From assembly GCF_001194135.2 (NCBI RefSeq), contig NC_068983.1, forward strand, positions 89,574,030 to 89,613,549: 39,520 nt of DNA, given 5' to 3'. Shown one piece after another: positions 35,846 to 39,520 of this stretch. The position numbers were made by a program, and so were the translations under genes. Source of the stretch: Octopus bimaculoides. Taxonomy: Eukaryota. Within the stretch, counting starts at the first letter, position 1. Every line of letters begins with the position of its first letter. Below the pieces are notes generated by a model. The model had not been told where the DNA came from. It worked only from the letters and a program-made list of their open reading frames with translations, and did not search any database.

Positions 35846-36549
35846 ATATATATAAGCATGTCTAGACATGTAACTATATGCATGAAAATACATACATAAA
35901 ACATACAAATCTGTACATGCATGCATGCACATGCACACACACATACATACCATGACCTAACTGTTACTTTCTCAGATGCAGCACAAAATTTTGTCAGTGA
36001 ACTGGTTGTGGCTTTAAAGCGACGAAAATATTTTGACACAAATTAAATTTAAATGTTGAAGTGAATCCAATGGTTTTTTTGCTTTTTTTAAAATGGCTTA
36101 TAAACATCCTCCATGCTGCAGTTGTTTTTGTTTCAGCACACAATCTCAGATCAAGTCACTTCCTATGCAAGTACATCTCCATAATGTGTACACACACACA
36201 CACACACACACACACACCACACCACACACACACACATACATCATCATCATCATCATTCTTTTAACATTTACTCGTCCATGTTTGTATGGTTCAGATAACA
36301 ATATGTTGGAGCAGTCTTCTATACTTGATACCCTTCTTGTCAAAAATAACCATAGGTTGCAAGTGAGGTAATAATCTTTCATTGAACAAGAACCTGACAT
36401 GTTTCTGTGGCAAACTGAAAAAGAATACTGTATGAATAAGCCTTTTGTTTACAAATAGTGAATGAACACATGTAGATGAGGGAAATATGAACTCACTAAC
36501 GCACACAGGTTTACTTGTGTGTGTGTGTTTGTATGTGTGTATATATATA

Positions 36550-36790
36550 TATATATTCATCAACAGCACTATTTAGCATCTGTTTTCCATGCTGGCATGG
36601 ATTAGACAGTTTGACTGGAACTGGTAAGCAGGAGAGCGGTACCAAGCTCCAGTCTGATTTGGCTTGATTTCTACAGCTGGATGCCCTTCCTAATGCCAAC
36701 CACTCCAAGAGTAGAGTGACATGTAAAAGGCACCTGTGCCAGTGACACATTGTGCTTTTTACATGTCACTGGCATTGGTCATGATTTCAC
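36550..36790 (-). mobile_element. RTE tail copy
   Basis: CTACAGCTGGATGCCCTTCCTAATGCCAACCAC and CCATGCTGGCATGG on the plus strand are the reverse complement of the shared tail. Confidence 0.75.
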
Positions 36791-37439
36791 TTGGCTTGAT
36801 GTGTCTTCTCAAACATAGCAAATCATCAAAGGTCTTGATCACTTGTCACCACCTCCATGATATTAAGCATCTGAAGATCATGCTTCACCACCTCATCCTG
36901 AAGCTTCTTTCATTTTCTCTCTACCAAATCTTCTCAAAATGTTTTAGTTTTTCCTTTTGTAGTAGAACTCAATCAAAATGTCACACAATGAGATTGAGTG
37001 GTTGGAAAGCAAACTTCTTAACCACAGAGCCATAGCTGCACCTAGTGAACATCCAATTACACATACATACATGCCCGTCTTTTACCCATGTCTCTGTCAA
37101 TCTTGCTTCTAGTTCTCATGCCCTCTTCTTACTTTCACTGTACTATGCTATCAATGTGACCAAAGATAGCAGTAGATCTCTTCAGCTCATGGTACATTGC
37201 TTCAAGTGTAACTAGGGATGCTACAGGACCTATCAGACCCTCTCTCCAACATCCCACCCCCCTTTCCTTATTCTTACCACCCTAGCTCTCTTCCCATCTT
37301 GAGGCATATATACTTAAGAGATCTCACGATGTCTGTGTATACCTCATACACTTAACCTATATTCCCTACTTGGTATAAACATTTGCAATTCATTACTCTC
37401 TCACCCCTATCATCTCCAGTACAAGCACCAAGAAAAAGT

Positions 37440-37615
37440 GCACCCATTATACTCAGTAAAGTTGTTGGTGTTAGAAAGGACATCCAGCCATTGAAAGCAA
37501 GCCAAAAATGAAGTTTTGAAGTGCGATGTAGTCTCTCATCCCATCTAGAAGATAGAAATTACCTATCCAGTGAATGCCAGCATAGAAAACAGATGTAAAA
37601 CAATGATGATGATTA
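37440..37615 (+). mobile_element. Old RTE tail copy
   Basis: GTTGGTGTTAGAAAGGACATCCAGC...GCCAGCATAGAAAACAGATGTAAAAC(GAT)n. Confidence 0.65.
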
Positions 37616-37899
37616 CGATATACATACATATATATACACACACATACATAAACACTCACACACACACACACACAGGAGTATGTATGTGTGTGTGCATATA
37701 AATACACATGCATTTGTACATATATACTATTACCGTCATCATTTTTACATGTTTTTCCATGATCGCCCATCTCTTCCATTGGCTTCTTTCATTTCAATCT
37801 CCTGACTTTTCATCCACCTGTCATTATCTATATACATCATGTGCATACTCACATAGCCATTACTTTTGCACTATAATTGATTTCTCTTATACCTAGTTT

Positions 37900-39290
37900 T
37901 TCTCTCAGCTCATTTATGCCTCAGTTCATGCACATTAACATTACACATCCAGCAGAACATGCTTATCATATTTCTTTCCAACATTCACACATTCTTTGCT
38001 TTCAGTGCCTATGTCATTCTACCATGCAACCTCACATACACATGCATTATATAATCTACCCTTTACTCAGAGAATCCCTTCGTTGTCAGCCAAGGTGACT
38101 GCTTCCTGAATTTTTTCCATCCTATTCCAACCACTACACCTTTCCCCACTGCTGATTAGTCACCTAAGTAACAAGAAGCTATCAGCTAACTTCTACAGCA
38201 TTTTCTTAGCTTTGCAAGGAATTTACTTTACTTGTGCTCTGAGGGTTCACTACTCCTGTATATCAACCAAAGGCAAAATCTTTATTTGCTGTCAACCTGC
38301 CTTTGATGCCACTACACTTATTGTGCATTCATAGATCACATGGAGGACACCGTATGGAATTTCTAACCACTCCTTTTCTGCATAATGAGCACAACCATTT
38401 CTTTAATACTATCAGTCTTTGCTAAGTTTACTCTGAGGCCTCTTGATTCTATGTCTGGAATTTTTCTCTAACTCTTCCACAAAATCTACTATAAGAACTA
38501 GGTCACCAGCATAACAACTTTTTCACTGTTATGGCTTAGAGGACTTAATAAATAAGAATGGACTGAGAATTGAGCTCTTACACTCCAAATTCCTCACTAA
38601 GCTCATTGCCAACCCTCATTTGGCTGATTGTATCATTGTCCATGGCATGTCCTGCTCTCACCAGCCATTCTTCAACTCCAAGTTTTTTTGCGAGTACTAA
38701 ACTATAAATCATTGTTTTCTGTCAAAAGCCTTCGCTAGATCAAAAATGCTAAATAGAGAGATTTACTTTTGGTTAGGGATTTGTGTTGCAGTTGTTTCAC
38801 TATGAAGAGTGTCTTTGGTACTCTGACCTGAGAGAAATCTGAACTGTATCTCATCTAAGTGGATTCTCTCCCTAATCAATTACTTTGGTTCACCTGTTTG
38901 ATACCCAAGTATCTTCTTTACTCTTGTAACATCTGTTATGCCAGTTATTAAGATGTGACACTTCCCTGTAAACTTAGTTGACTATGTTTAGTAACTAACA
39001 TGAGTCCTATATTGCCAGATATTTTCTGCATCTCAATAACTATCTCAGATGGACCAGCTGCCATTTTGACCACATAATTGTCTACTCCATTTGGGCAACC
39101 TTTGAGAAGATCTCCTCCCTTCCATAAATTTTCCACATTCTACAATCTCTCATAGTGACATCTTCAGGCCTCTTTCTTTTCTTTGTCAGTTAGGGAAAGT
39201 GTGACACTATCATTTTGGATACACTTTTCTTTAGCAACATTTTTGTTTACCCTGAGAGTGCTTTGCAGTCCAAAACACCTTATGCCATCT
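37900..39290 (-). mobile_element. Heavily decayed RTE RT fragment
   Basis: AAGPSEIVIEMQKISG (38948-39136), LGVEEWLVRA, YAGDLVL traces. Confidence 0.65.
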
Positions 39291-39314
39291 TCTTTTAGTT
39301 TCTCTCACACTGTG

Positions 39315-39520
39315 TACATCATCATCATCATCATCATCGTTTAACGTCCGCTTTCCATGCTAGCATGGGTTGGACGATTTGACTGAGGACTGGTGAAACC
39401 GGATGGCAACACCAGGCTCCAGTCCGATTTGGCAGAGTTTCTACAGCTGGATGCCCTTCCTAACGCCAACCACTCAGAGAGTGTAGTGGGTGCTTTTACG
39501 TGTCACCCGCACGAAAACGG
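39315..39520 (-). mobile_element. Young RTE tail copy (runs off the window end)
   Basis: Near-perfect reverse complement of 119-320. Confidence 0.88.

Noticed and set aside
119-39520. Window ends are near-perfect inverted copies, suggesting one giant TIR element
   Set aside because: Both are copies of a very abundant RTE tail that occurs at least eight times here; the symmetry is expected by chance.

Overview
AT-rich, microsatellite- and transposon-dense eukaryotic genomic DNA with three N gaps. The repeat repertoire (RTE LINEs with (GAT)n tails, tRNA SINEs) looks like a cephalopod, probably Octopus (inference from recalled repeat families, not tested). Nearly all long ORFs are decayed transposons: three LTR retrotransposons, a solo LTR, several RTE copies, mariner, pogo, Tc1, two hAT remnants, a Penelope-like fragment and an R4-like fragment. 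The one host-gene signal is a short minus-strand exon missed by the ORF track (17702-17877, ...YIQFVSKTSGRDKLCR|GT), which matches the first coding exon of PEX11; everything to its left would then be intron 1. Most notable observations: (1) strongly one-sided CpG loss between the two LTRs of one intronic element, in the direction expected from gene-body methylation; (2) a degenerate hammerhead-ribozyme motif inserted in a Gypsy pol gene; (3) a very compact, GC-rich 4-kb LTR element with atypical RT/RNase H motifs, sitting inside a small inverted repeat just upstream of PEX11. I see no evidence for a wholly new multi-gene system. All alignments and counts were done by eye.
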